Of a stretch of 33,574 nt of DNA, positions 1-10,712 are shown one piece after another. This DNA comes from Pedobacter schmidteae (GTDB lineage: Bacteria > Bacteroidota > Bacteroidia > Sphingobacteriales > Sphingobacteriaceae), in the NCBI GenBank assembly GCA_945906015.1, contig CAMDQV010000001.1, positions 1 to 33,574 on the forward strand. The letters are read 5' to 3'. Position 1 is the stretch's first letter. Each line of letters opens with the position of its first letter. The translations under genes were made by a program, and so were the position numbers. The notes below the pieces were generated by a model. That model searched no databases and was not told the DNA's origin. It saw only the letters and a list, made by a program, of their open reading frames with translations.

Positions 1-103
1 CCTCATATAGAGTTTCAGCACTTAGGGATGGCGACCACAATGAAGCAGCACCGGCAACAGCAGTGGCCTGCAGGAATTTACGGCGGTTTAAGAAATCAGA
101 CAT
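1..103 (-). CDS. N-terminal fragment of a twin-arginine (Tat) signal peptide protein, runs off the window edge
   Basis: Not in ORF track. Reverse strand from ATG at 103 reads MSDFLNRRKFLQATAVAGAASLWSPSLSAETLYE with no stop; NRRKFL matches the Tat motif and is followed by an Ala-rich h-region. Confidence 0.8.
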   Translation of the reverse strand, partial: MSDFLNRRKFLQATAVAGAASLWSPSLSAETLYE

Positions 104-462
104 TTTACTGGGTTTTAGTTTATATTCTAAATTTAAAAAAAAATAATCAAAAAAATAATCGTATCACCCTAAAATAGAGCATAATACAATTTACAACCTC
201 TAAAAATAAATAGAAAATAAATTCTAAACTTTGAAAATGAACTTTACAGAAGAATATGGAGAAAATAAACAAATAGTAGAATTTAGTTCATTAAAAACTG
301 ATTATTAGATAATTAACGATTAACTTATATCTATCAATTCGTAAATTTTTGATAATTAATACATACAATATACAGGTTAAAACATCGATGTACCATTATT
401 GATACTTACAGATTCGTAACTTAAACCCGCATATTTGTCAAAATATTTGTGTGAATGAAATA

Positions 463-1746
463 CTATTCAGCCATGATCAAAAAATAGTTCTTCTTTCCTT
501 TTTGAGCAACCAGAAATATACCATTAATCAGGTTTGCTGTAGTCAATATCAGAGCGGGATCAGCTATTTTTTCCTTATTGATAGAAACTCCTCCTCCACT
601 AATCATTTTACGGGCTTCTCCTTTAGATGGGAATACCGTAGTTTTTTCGGCCAGCAGGTCAGTTGCATTCATACCCGCCGAAAATTCATTCTTAGCAATA
701 GTAAATTGAGGTAAGCCTTCAAAAACTTCAAGCACATCATCCTTACTTAATGAATTTAAAAATTCTAGGGAACCATTCCCGAATAAGAAATCAGAAGTTT
801 TCAGTGCTGTTTGAAGTGCATCAAAAGAATGGGTACGAATGGTAATCTCTTCAGCAAGTGCCTTTTGAAGAATTCTTAAATGTGGAGCAAGGTCATGCTC
901 TATTTCAAGGGTCTCAATTTCAGAATGTGATTTTAGTGTGAATATTCTGATCCAGCTTTTTGCATCCGAGTCAGTAGTATTTAACCAAAACTGATAAAAT
1001 TTATAGGGAGATGTTTTGGCAGGATCCAGCCATACTGCACCGCTCTCGGTTTTACCAAATTTAGTTCCATCTGTCTTTTTAATTAATTGAGTAGTAATAG
1101 CAAATGCGTTACCTGATGCCTTTCGGCGAATTAATTCTGTTCCGGTAACAATATTTCCCCACTGATCTGAACCGCCCATTTGCACCAGACAATTCTTTTC
1201 TTTCCACAAATAGTAAAAGTCATAACCCTGAACCAACTGATAACTAAACTCCGTGAATGACATACCTGTTTCACCATCAAGACGCTTTTTTACAGAATCC
1301 TTAGCCATCATATAATTAACAGTCAGGTGCTTACCTACATCTCGTATAAAATCAAGGAAAGTGAAATTTTTGAACCAGTCATAATTATTGACTATTTCTG
1401 CACTTTTAGGGCCACAGTTAAAATCAAGAAATTTTTTCAACTGTTCTTCCAGGCATTTCACATTATGATTCAATACCTCTTCAGAGAGTAGGTTACGTTC
1501 TGTCGACTTCCCAGAAGGATCGCCAACCATACCTGTTGCACCACCCACCAAAGCAACTGGCTTATGCCCTGCCATTTGAAAGTGAATGAGGGTCATGATC
1601 TGTGTCAGGTGCCCAACATGTAATGATTCTGCTGTCGGGTCAAAACCTATATACCCAGAGGTCATCTGTTTATTCAGTTCTTCTTCAGTACCAGGCATTA
1701 TATCGTGCAGCATTCCGCGCCAGCGTAATTCTTCTACAAAGTTCAT
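463..1746 (-). CDS. tyrS: Tyrosyl-tRNA synthetase
   Basis: [13 protein letters not shown] (HIGH motif), [16 protein letters not shown] (KMSKS-like), C-terminal S4-like domain. Confidence 0.98.
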   Translation of the reverse strand: MNFVEELRWRGMLHDIMPGTEEELNKQMTSGYIGFDPTAESLHVGHLTQIMTLIHFQMAGHKPVALVGGATGMVGDPSGKSTERNLLSEEVLNHNVKCLEEQLKKFLDFNCGPKSAEIVNNYDWFKNFTFLDFIRDVGKHLTVNYMMAKDSVKKRLDGETGMSFTEFSYQLVQGYDFYYLWKEKNCLVQMGGSDQWGNIVTGTELIRRKASGNAFAITTQLIKKTDGTKFGKTESGAVWLDPAKTSPYKFYQFWLNTTDSDAKSWIRIFTLKSHSEIETLEIEHDLAPHLRILQKALAEEITIRTHSFDALQTALKTSDFLFGNGSLEFLNSLSKDDVLEVFEGLPQFTIAKNEFSAGMNATDLLAEKTTVFPSKGEARKMISGGGVSINKEKIADPALILTTANLINGIFLVAQKGKKNYFLIMAE

Positions 1747-1771
1747 TTTATATTAAGGATCATTACAGATA

Positions 1772-1779
1772 CAAATATA
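1772..1779 (-). promoter_or_regulatory. Bacteroidota primary-sigma -7 element for tyrS
   Basis: TATATTTG on minus strand matches TAnnTTTG, 25 nt upstream of ATG; no well-spaced -33 TTTG seen. Confidence 0.55.
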
Positions 1780-1882
1780 ACAGAATTGATAAAACCACTG
1801 CATCGCAAATATTTTCGTATTTTTATGATAATACAAACCATCCCGGACGATTTGCATAAAGAATCAACCGAAATAACAAATA

Positions 1883-2557
1883 ATGAATTTCCTATCTCAC
1901 TTTTACTTTGACAGACATAGCGAAGACCCGCACCTGGTTTTGGGTACTGTTTTGCCAGATCTGGTAAAAAATGCAAGAAAGGATTGGAATATACATCCGG
2001 AAAAAAAGGCAGAATTATTTACAAGCGATATTGAAAACTCTATTCTTAATGGCTGGAGACGGCACCTTGCAGTAGATCGCCATTTTCATAATTCTACTTT
2101 CTTTTTTGAACATACCAGCGCAATCCGAGCGCGCATTGCACCTTATTTGCAGGATTCAATAGTCAGACCTTCTTTTTTAGCCCATATTTCGCTAGAGCTT
2201 ATGCTCGACAGCACTCTTTTAACCAAAAATCACATCGAAGCTGAAGATCTATATAAACATCTGCGACAATCAGATAGATTGGGAATGATAAAATTTCTTG
2301 AATTAAACGATATAGACGATACAGACTATTTTTTAAAATTCTTTGATAAATTCATCCAGTCAAATTATCTAAATAGTTATCGCCAGAGCCATAACATCAT
2401 TTATGCATTAAACCGGATTTGCATGCGTATTTGGAAAGACCCCTTAACTGAAAGTCAGATGCACAATCTTTCTAAGATCCTTACTGAATACCACGACAAT
2501 TTGCAGGGAAATTACATCGAAATATTTGACGAAATTTCTTTGGCAATTGACCATTAA
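1883..2557 (+). CDS. AcpH (ACP phosphodiesterase)-like putative metal-dependent hydrolase
   Basis: Starts MNFLSH, then LGTVLPDLVK, GWRRHLAVDRHFH and HISLELMLD; His/Asp pattern resembles AcpH (MNFLAH...GNLLADFV...GIxxHRxID) but is divergent. Confidence 0.55.
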   Translation: MNFLSHFYFDRHSEDPHLVLGTVLPDLVKNARKDWNIHPEKKAELFTSDIENSILNGWRRHLAVDRHFHNSTFFFEHTSAIRARIAPYLQDSIVRPSFLAHISLELMLDSTLLTKNHIEAEDLYKHLRQSDRLGMIKFLELNDIDDTDYFLKFFDKFIQSNYLNSYRQSHNIIYALNRICMRIWKDPLTESQMHNLSKILTEYHDNLQGNYIEIFDEISLAIDH

Positions 2558-2657
2558 TACTAAAACTTGATAACAGAAATTGTTTTAAGCCAATTATCCT
2601 GTTTAAAAGCTGAATTTCAAGATCAATTATCTGATTAAGTATCAAATTTTAAATTGA

Positions 2658-4688
<2,031 letters not shown>

Positions 4689-4745
4689 TTTTGATGAAAT
4701 ATGGTAATATTTAAGATATCGTTTTAAAATCGAGCAATTTCCACT

Positions 4746-4753
4746 TAAATTCG
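4746..4753 (+). promoter_or_regulatory. Possible -7 element variant for dapA
   Basis: TAAATTCG, one mismatch to TAnnTTTG, 31 nt upstream of ATG; the identical octamer lies upstream of the Hc1-like gene (5949-5956, minus). Confidence 0.4.
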
Positions 4754-4784
4754 CAGAATAACAGTTTGAGTAAACAAAAATACA

Positions 4785-5669
4785 ATGAATAAATTTCATG
4801 GAACAGGAGTAGCTATGATTACTCCCTTCAAATCAGATGGATCTGTTGACCATACTGCCCTCAAAACTGTAATTGACCATATCATCAAGGGCGGAGCAGA
4901 ATATATTGTCTCTTTAGGTACTACTGGAGAGGCCGCTACCTTGAGTAGTGATGAAAAAAAAGCAGTTTGGGACACAACTGTTGCTCAGGTCAATGGAAGG
5001 GTGAGTCTTGTTGCCGGTATTGGAGGAAATAATACTTCGGAAGTTTTAAATGATTTGAAAAAATTCGATTCTAAAGGATTCGATGCGGTGCTTTCTGTTT
5101 GTCCATATTATAATAAACCTACTCAGGAAGGAATTTATCAGCACTACAATGCTATTGCTGACCATAGCCCACTACCTGTCATACTCTATAATGTACCAGG
5201 CAGAACAGGAGTAAACATGGCTGCTGAAACAACACTGCGCTTAGCGCATGATCATAAGAACATCATTGCGATGAAAGAGGCTTCGGGCAATTTTGAGCAG
5301 TTCAATAAAATTATAAAGGATAAGCCTGATGACTTTTTATTTATTTCTGGAGATGATCCAATAACATTACCATTGATTGCGATGGGTGCGGCAGGTGTTA
5401 TATCGGTTATTGGGAATGCCGTTCCAGGAATATTTTCTAGCATGGTTCGTATGTGCCTAAATGGTAAATTCATTGAGGCACAGCCTTTGCATCATAGCCT
5501 GACAGAGTTTACATCTTTGTGTTTTGTTGAAGGCAATCCGGGAGGAGTAAAATATGCTATGAAACTACTTGGAATTTGTAACGATACGATGCGATTGCCA
5601 CTTGTTAATGTTAGTAATGGCATTGAAAACCAAATAAAAGCAAAGCTTGAGCAATTAAATTTGCTTTAA
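4785..5669 (+). CDS. dapA: 4-hydroxy-tetrahydrodipicolinate synthase
   Basis: GTTGE, PYYNKPTQEG, ILYNVPGRTG, Schiff-base Lys in MKEASG, SGDD. Confidence 0.96.
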   Translation: MNKFHGTGVAMITPFKSDGSVDHTALKTVIDHIIKGGAEYIVSLGTTGEAATLSSDEKKAVWDTTVAQVNGRVSLVAGIGGNNTSEVLNDLKKFDSKGFDAVLSVCPYYNKPTQEGIYQHYNAIADHSPLPVILYNVPGRTGVNMAAETTLRLAHDHKNIIAMKEASGNFEQFNKIIKDKPDDFLFISGDDPITLPLIAMGAAGVISVIGNAVPGIFSSMVRMCLNGKFIEAQPLHHSLTEFTSLCFVEGNPGGVKYAMKLLGICNDTMRLPLVNVSNGIENQIKAKLEQLNLL

Positions 5670-5672
5670 AAC

Positions 5673-5707
5673 AGAAAAGGCCCGTTCATAAGAACAGGCC
5701 TTTTTCT
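5673..5707. terminator. Bidirectional intrinsic terminator between convergent dapA and Hc1-like gene
   Basis: AAAAGGCC-C-GTTC-ataa-GAAC-A-GGCCTTTTT hairpin flanked by A and T tracts. Confidence 0.85.
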
Positions 5708-5720
5708 TTGGGGAAGAAAA

Positions 5721-5906
5721 TTATTTCTTAGCTTCTTTGTTCTTCTTTTCTTGTACTTCAAGACGGATAGCTTGAGCAAGATTTTTCAAGTCTTGCATTC
5801 CTTTTCTAACGCGGGTACCAGCTGCGCTGTTAGCCTTGTTGTAAAACTTGTCTGCATCTGCCTCTAAAGACTCAAATAAATTTTTTGCTTCAGTGAATTT
5901 TTTCAT
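5721..5906 (-). CDS. Small basic Hc1-family ('histone H1'-like) protein
   Basis: 61 aa, Lys-rich; KFYNKANSAAGTRVRKGMQDLK resembles the Hc1 N-terminal signature GNKAAxxRxR. Confidence 0.8.
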   Translation of the reverse strand: MKKFTEAKNLFESLEADADKFYNKANSAAGTRVRKGMQDLKNLAQAIRLEVQEKKNKEAKK

Positions 5907-6016
5907 GATTTTACTCTTTTAGTTTAGGGTTAGTAACTTAATGTTAAACGAATTTAAAATGTTTTTTTTAAATAATGAATAATTGAAAAAAATAAAATCA
6001 TGTGCTTTTAGCGTTT

Positions 6017-6044
6017 TTTTCCACATTTAGTGCAGTTATGCACA
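6017..6044 (+). promoter_or_regulatory. Pair of DnaA-box consensus matches upstream of the Hc1-like gene
   Basis: TTTTCCACA (6017-6025) and TTATGCACA (6036-6044), both fit TTWTNCACA, same orientation. Confidence 0.45.
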
Positions 6045-6102
6045 AAAATGCGGTTTAATAAAGGCTTAATAAGTAAAATTTGACATATTACATATTAAGT
6101 TT

Positions 6103-6142
6103 AAAAAAAAATGTCCTCAGAGACTATCTGAAGACATTTTTT
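6103..6142 (-). terminator. Intrinsic terminator downstream of the oxoamine synthase gene
   Basis: AAAAAATGTC-C-TCAGA...TCTGA-A-GACATTTTTT inverted repeat; long U tract on the minus strand. Confidence 0.8.
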
Positions 6143-6178
6143 ATTCGCTAATCGTTGAGTAGCATTACTCATTTAAAA

Positions 6179-7420
6179 TTAAGAATTTAATAGACTTTTT
6201 TCCTTGTAATGTCCCTTTTTCAATTTCACAGCGAGTTCACTGTAGGCATCAAGAGTACGGTTAACATCTTCAATAGTATGAAGGGCAGTTGGGATCAAAC
6301 GAAGCATGATCAAACCCTTTGGAATAACAGGATAAACTACTATAGAACAAAAGATACCATAGTTTTCTCTAAGATCCATAGTAATGGCTGTAGCCTCCTG
6401 AAGTTCGCCTTCAAGGAATACTGGAGTAACCATAGTATTTGTTACACCTATATCAAATCCTCTTTCTTTAAGACCATTTTGCAGGCTGATAGCGATGAAC
6501 CAAAGCTTTTCTCTAAGTTCAGGCTGACTCTTAAGTAATTCAAGCCTTTTACGCAGACCAACAACCATTGGCATTGGAAGCGATTTTGCAAATATCTGAG
6601 AACGCATATTGTAACGAAGGAAATTGGTTATTTCTTCGGTAGAAGCAATAAATGCTCCAATTCCTGCCATTGATTTGGCGAAAGTTCCAAAATAAATATC
6701 CACTCCATCAACGCAATTCTGTGCCTCATGAGTTCCTGCACCGGTATCACCCATGGTACCAAACCCATGCGCATCATCAATTAGCAGGCGGAAACTAAAT
6801 TTACTTTTAAGCTCAACTACCTCTTTCAACTTACCCTGAGCTCCTGACATACCAAATACACCTTCAGTGATAACTAGGATAGAACCACCAGTATTCTCTA
6901 CCCATCGTGTTGCTCTCTCCAATTGCTTTTCAAGGCTTTGCATATCATTATGGGTATAAACGAATCGTTTGCCCTGATGAAGGCGAACACCATCAATGAT
7001 ACAGGCATGCGACTCAGCATCATAAACAATAACATCATGCCTGTCAACCAATGCATCGATCGCCGACATGATTCCCTGATAACCAAAATTCAAAAGAAAT
7101 GCATCCTGCTTTCCTACAAAGTCTGCAAGTTCTCTTTCTAATGCTTCATGATTATTTGAATTACCTGACATCATACGAGCTCCCATCGGGTAAGCAAGAC
7201 CAAATTCTGTGGCTCCTTCTATATCTGCCTTACGAACTTCTGGATGATTTGCAAGTCCGAGGTAATTGTTTAGACTCCAAACTAAGTGCTCCTTACCTCT
7301 GAACATCATATAAGGAGCTATTTCACCCTCTAATTTAGGAAAGGAGAAATAACCATGAGCCATTTTCTGGTGCTGGCCCAGAGGTCCCATGTTTTTAGAA
7401 ATTTTATCAAATAAATCCAA
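6179..7420 (-). CDS. PLP-dependent alpha-oxoamine synthase, probable cysteate acyltransferase (SulA/CapB-like, sulfonolipid pathway)
   Basis: NNYLGL, HACIIDG, DDAHG, GTFAKS (PLP Lys); subfamily-type segments GYFSFPKLEGE, PMGARMMSG, LLNFGYQG, RSQIFAKSLP. TTG start. Family certain, substrate inferred from recalled homologues. Confidence 0.7.
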   Translation of the reverse strand: MDLFDKISKNMGPLGQHQKMAHGYFSFPKLEGEIAPYMMFRGKEHLVWSLNNYLGLANHPEVRKADIEGATEFGLAYPMGARMMSGNSNNHEALERELADFVGKQDAFLLNFGYQGIMSAIDALVDRHDVIVYDAESHACIIDGVRLHQGKRFVYTHNDMQSLEKQLERATRWVENTGGSILVITEGVFGMSGAQGKLKEVVELKSKFSFRLLIDDAHGFGTMGDTGAGTHEAQNCVDGVDIYFGTFAKSMAGIGAFIASTEEITNFLRYNMRSQIFAKSLPMPMVVGLRKRLELLKSQPELREKLWFIAISLQNGLKERGFDIGVTNTMVTPVFLEGELQEATAITMDLRENYGIFCSIVVYPVIPKGLIMLRLIPTALHTIEDVNRTLDAYSELAVKLKKGHYKEKSLLNS

Positions 7421-7453
7421 TTTTTATAATTTTATTGTTAACGTTTATTTCGT

Positions 7454-7485
7454 CAAAGTTAAGATTTAGCAGCCTGATTATCAAA
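7454..7485 (-). promoter_or_regulatory. Bacteroidota -33/-7 promoter for the oxoamine synthase gene
   Basis: TTTG (7482-7485), 20-nt spacer, TAACTTTG (7454-7461): full consensus match. Confidence 0.75.
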
Positions 7486-7522
7486 AGCTAATTAAGCTTA
7501 ATACAAAAGGTATGCCTTAAAC

Positions 7523-7559
7523 AAAAAAGGCCTGAATCCAGAAGAAAAAGGCCTTTTTT
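7523..7559 (-). terminator. Intrinsic terminator ending the dcw transcript after ftsZ
   Basis: AAAAAAGGCCT...AGGCCTTTTTT 11-bp inverted repeat 18 nt past the ftsZ stop. Confidence 0.8.
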
Positions 7560-7577
7560 AAGATATAAAACATTTCC

Positions 7578-9224
7578 TTAATCTACATTATCGTGCAGAA
7601 AGGAATTGTTTGGTCTGATTTCAGTGATCCCCTCATCATTACTTAAAGTAAATCTAGACACCTGTGATTCGGAAGAGTGCGGAACATCATTCAAAGAAAG
7701 CTGCTTACGCTTATATGCTGGCTCATTCTCAAGTTCCTGTAAACCATTGGTAGTCCGTAACTTCATGCTCAGGTCTTTGAGGCGCAGAATTCTTTCCTTA
7801 GACTTGCGCAACTGTTCTTCAATCGATTCATCTGTTTTGTCCTCATCAGGATTATTCCAGGTCATAGGAATTTCTTCCTCTTGAACTTCAGCAAGAATTT
7901 CATCTTCTACTAGCTGTTCTGATTCTTCAAAGACCCCTTCAAAGGCTTCTTCAGTATCTTCAGTTTCAATCTCGAACTCAACTGATTTCTCAACATGGGC
8001 AAGATCTAAAGGAATTTCATCAGTCAATGTATGCCGAACGTATTCTGACTCTGAAGATTTTTCTTCTTCAACCTTTGGCGTACTATGAAAATAACCTGCA
8101 AAAAGATCAACCTGACTTTCTTCAGTTGATTTAAGAACAGGTCCGTTAATTTCTTCTTTTTTAAGATCCATAAAGGAATTAGCCTGAACAGGCTTAACCA
8201 TTGGGGCTAGCTCTGGTGTTAATAAAGACACTTTACGAATCTGACTTTTTTCTACTTCCCGCTCTTCCATGGTCTGGAAACCGGTAGCAATAATCGTTAC
8301 TGAGATCTTCTCTCCTAATCCTTCATCAGTACAGTTACCCCAGATCAAATCAGCAGCCAATCCTGCTTCCTGCTGTATAAAGTCTGTAATGATACTAACC
8401 TCATCCATAGTTACTTCTTTATCTCCAGAACTAATATTCAACAGAATATAACGCGCGCCTTCAATCTCATTATCTTTCAGTAATGGAGATGCCAAGGCAC
8501 CTTCAACTGCCCTCAAAGCACGATTTTCACCTTCAGCAGCATAACTTCCCATAATGGCAACTCCGCTTTCTTTCATTACGGTGCGCACATCTTTAAAGTC
8601 AACGTTTATATATCCTGGAATAGTGATGATTTCCGCAATTCCTTTTGCCGCAGTTGTTAAAATATTATCAGCTTGTGCAAATGCAGAACCAAGAGTGAGA
8701 TTTCCAAATATTTCTCTCAAACGATCATTCGATATAACCAGGTATGAGTCTACATATTTCTTGAATTCCTCTAAACCTTCTTCAGCCTGAGTTTTTCTAC
8801 GCTTACCTTCAAAAGAAAAGGGAGTAGTTATAATACCCACAGTAAGAATATCCATTTCTTTGGCTGCTTTTGCAATGATCGGACTAGCACCTGTTCCGGT
8901 GCCACCACCCATTCCTGCAGTGATGAAAAGCATCTTAGTATTAGACCCAAGCATTCTTTTGATATCATCAATATTTTCAATTGCAGAATTTTTCCCTACC
9001 TCAGGCATCGAACCAGCTCCCATACCTTCAGTTAAACTTGCTCCGAGTTGAACCTTATTTGGTATCGGACTAAGTTCAAGTGCCTGTGCATCGGTATTAC
9101 AAATAATGAAATCAACACCTGTTATTCCCTGACGATACATGTGATTCACAGCGTTACCGCCGCCGCCGCCAACACCAATAACCTTGATGATCGATGACTT
9201 TTCTTTTAACATTTCAAACTGCAT
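7578..9224 (-). CDS. ftsZ: Cell division protein FtsZ
   Basis: IGVGGGGGNAV, GMGGGTGTG tubulin signature, INVDFKDV T7 loop; long acidic linker; terminal EPAYKR...NNSFLHDNVD. Confidence 0.99.
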   Translation of the reverse strand: MQFEMLKEKSSIIKVIGVGGGGGNAVNHMYRQGITGVDFIICNTDAQALELSPIPNKVQLGASLTEGMGAGSMPEVGKNSAIENIDDIKRMLGSNTKMLFITAGMGGGTGTGASPIIAKAAKEMDILTVGIITTPFSFEGKRRKTQAEEGLEEFKKYVDSYLVISNDRLREIFGNLTLGSAFAQADNILTTAAKGIAEIITIPGYINVDFKDVRTVMKESGVAIMGSYAAEGENRALRAVEGALASPLLKDNEIEGARYILLNISSGDKEVTMDEVSIITDFIQQEAGLAADLIWGNCTDEGLGEKISVTIIATGFQTMEEREVEKSQIRKVSLLTPELAPMVKPVQANSFMDLKKEEINGPVLKSTEESQVDLFAGYFHSTPKVEEEKSSESEYVRHTLTDEIPLDLAHVEKSVEFEIETEDTEEAFEGVFEESEQLVEDEILAEVQEEEIPMTWNNPDEDKTDESIEEQLRKSKERILRLKDLSMKLRTTNGLQELENEPAYKRKQLSLNDVPHSSESQVSRFTLSNDEGITEIRPNNSFLHDNVD

Positions 9225-9290
9225 ATTCTTAATTATCAGTTGAGTAAATATTATTCATTATTAGACAGTTTACACTGTAATATTAAGTAT

Positions 9291-9349
9291 TTATCCACAG
9301 AGGTTTTCCACAAATGTTAAATTGTGGGAAACTCCTGATTTGTGGAAAA
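9291..9349. promoter_or_regulatory. Cluster of four DnaA-box-like sites between ftsA and ftsZ
   Basis: TTATCCACA 9291-9299 (+), TTTTCCACA 9304-9312 (+), TTTCCCACA 9323-9331 (-, one mismatch), TTTTCCACA 9341-9349 (-). Confidence 0.6.
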
Positions 9350-10702
9350 TTAACGAATGTAATCTTCATCCTTGATATCATCCTTGATGAATTTTGCTCC
9401 TGATTGCAGAATCCGTTCAAACAATCCCTGTCCTTTTTTAGGCTTTTCTATAAGGGCAACCATTTCTGTTAAAAGACTTCCACTTTCAGCAGAATCTTTG
9501 ACAAGTTCTGCCTTCTGAATACCTTTAATCAAAAGACCAATACCCGTAGCATACATCGGACTTTTCAATTCATCATAAACCGATTTAGGAAGTACATCAT
9601 TTTTAGCCAAATGTTCATTTGGATACCCTATACGGCTATCTAAACCAGTCACAAATTCAACGAGCTGAGGTAAGTGCTTTAATTGTGCTCCACCCCCTGT
9701 GATCACGATCCCGGCGATCAGCTTCTTTTCATACCCTGAAGATTTGATCTCATAATAAACGTGTTCAATGATCTCTTCCATCCTAGCCTGAATAACATAA
9801 GCAAGATTTTTTACCGAGATCTCTTTTGGCTCTCTGCCTCTAAGTCCGGGAACACAAATGATCTCATTCTCTTTATTTTCGTCTGCTAATGCAGATCCGA
9901 AACGTGTTTTCAATAGTTCGGCCTGATTTCGCATAACAGAACAACCTTCGCGGATATCTTCGGTAACACTATTGCCACCAAATGGAATCACCGCTGTATG
10001 ACGAATAATTCCTTCATGAAAAATAGCCAGGTCAGTTGTACCGCCACCTATATCAACCAGAACAACACCAGCTTCTTTTTCTTCATCACTCAATACAGAC
10101 TCAGAAGAAGCCAATGGCTCAAGGATCAACTCCTGAGTTTCAAGTTCGGCATTACCAACACATTTAAGAATGTTCTTCACAGCGCTAACATGCCCAGAGA
10201 TGATATGAAAGTTTGCTTCAAGGCGTACACCGGACATACCTATCGGATCTTTTACACCCGGCTCATTATCAACAGTAAATTCCTGAGGTAGCACATGGAT
10301 AATCTCTTCGCCAGGAGGCATAAGTAACTTATACATATCCTCAATGAGCTTATCAATATCTTTACGCTGAATCTCAGTATTCAACTCCTTGCGAGTTAGA
10401 ATTCCGCGATGCTGAAGACTTTTAATATGCTGGCCAGCAATACCGACGTTAACAATCTTTACATCCACATTAGACTGAGCGCTGGCTTCTTCAACAGCCA
10501 GCATGATTGCCTGAACAGTTTTTTGAATATTGGAAACCACCCCGCGGGTAACCCCTGCTGATTCGGCTTTACCCATACCCAAAATTTCAATCTTACCATG
10601 TTCGCTTCTACGGCCAACGGTTACGCAAATTTTAGTTGTTCCTATATCAAGGCCGACAACAATTGGTGAATTTTTGGCTGAAGCTGAGTTAATTTGATCC
10701 AT
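9350..10702 (-). CDS. ftsA: Cell division protein FtsA
   Basis: VGLDIGTTKIC, VDIGGGTTD, GIVITGGGAQL, YATGIGLL; position before ftsZ. Confidence 0.98.
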   Translation of the reverse strand: MDQINSASAKNSPIVVGLDIGTTKICVTVGRRSEHGKIEILGMGKAESAGVTRGVVSNIQKTVQAIMLAVEEASAQSNVDVKIVNVGIAGQHIKSLQHRGILTRKELNTEIQRKDIDKLIEDMYKLLMPPGEEIIHVLPQEFTVDNEPGVKDPIGMSGVRLEANFHIISGHVSAVKNILKCVGNAELETQELILEPLASSESVLSDEEKEAGVVLVDIGGGTTDLAIFHEGIIRHTAVIPFGGNSVTEDIREGCSVMRNQAELLKTRFGSALADENKENEIICVPGLRGREPKEISVKNLAYVIQARMEEIIEHVYYEIKSSGYEKKLIAGIVITGGGAQLKHLPQLVEFVTGLDSRIGYPNEHLAKNDVLPKSVYDELKSPMYATGIGLLIKGIQKAELVKDSAESGSLLTEMVALIEKPKKGQGLFERILQSGAKFIKDDIKDEDYIR

Positions 10703-10712
10703 ATGCTTAATA

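Noticed and set aside
237-308. 23-aa ORF MNFTEEYGENKQIVEFSSLKTDY on the plus strand
   Set aside because: Short, in very AT-rich DNA, no consensus promoter; likeness to the TyrS start (MNFVEE) ends after six residues.
9225-9349. ftsA-ftsZ spacer as oriC
   Set aside because: Only 125 bp inside a co-directional operon, no dnaA or typical origin neighbours in the window; cannot be fully excluded without genome-wide skew.
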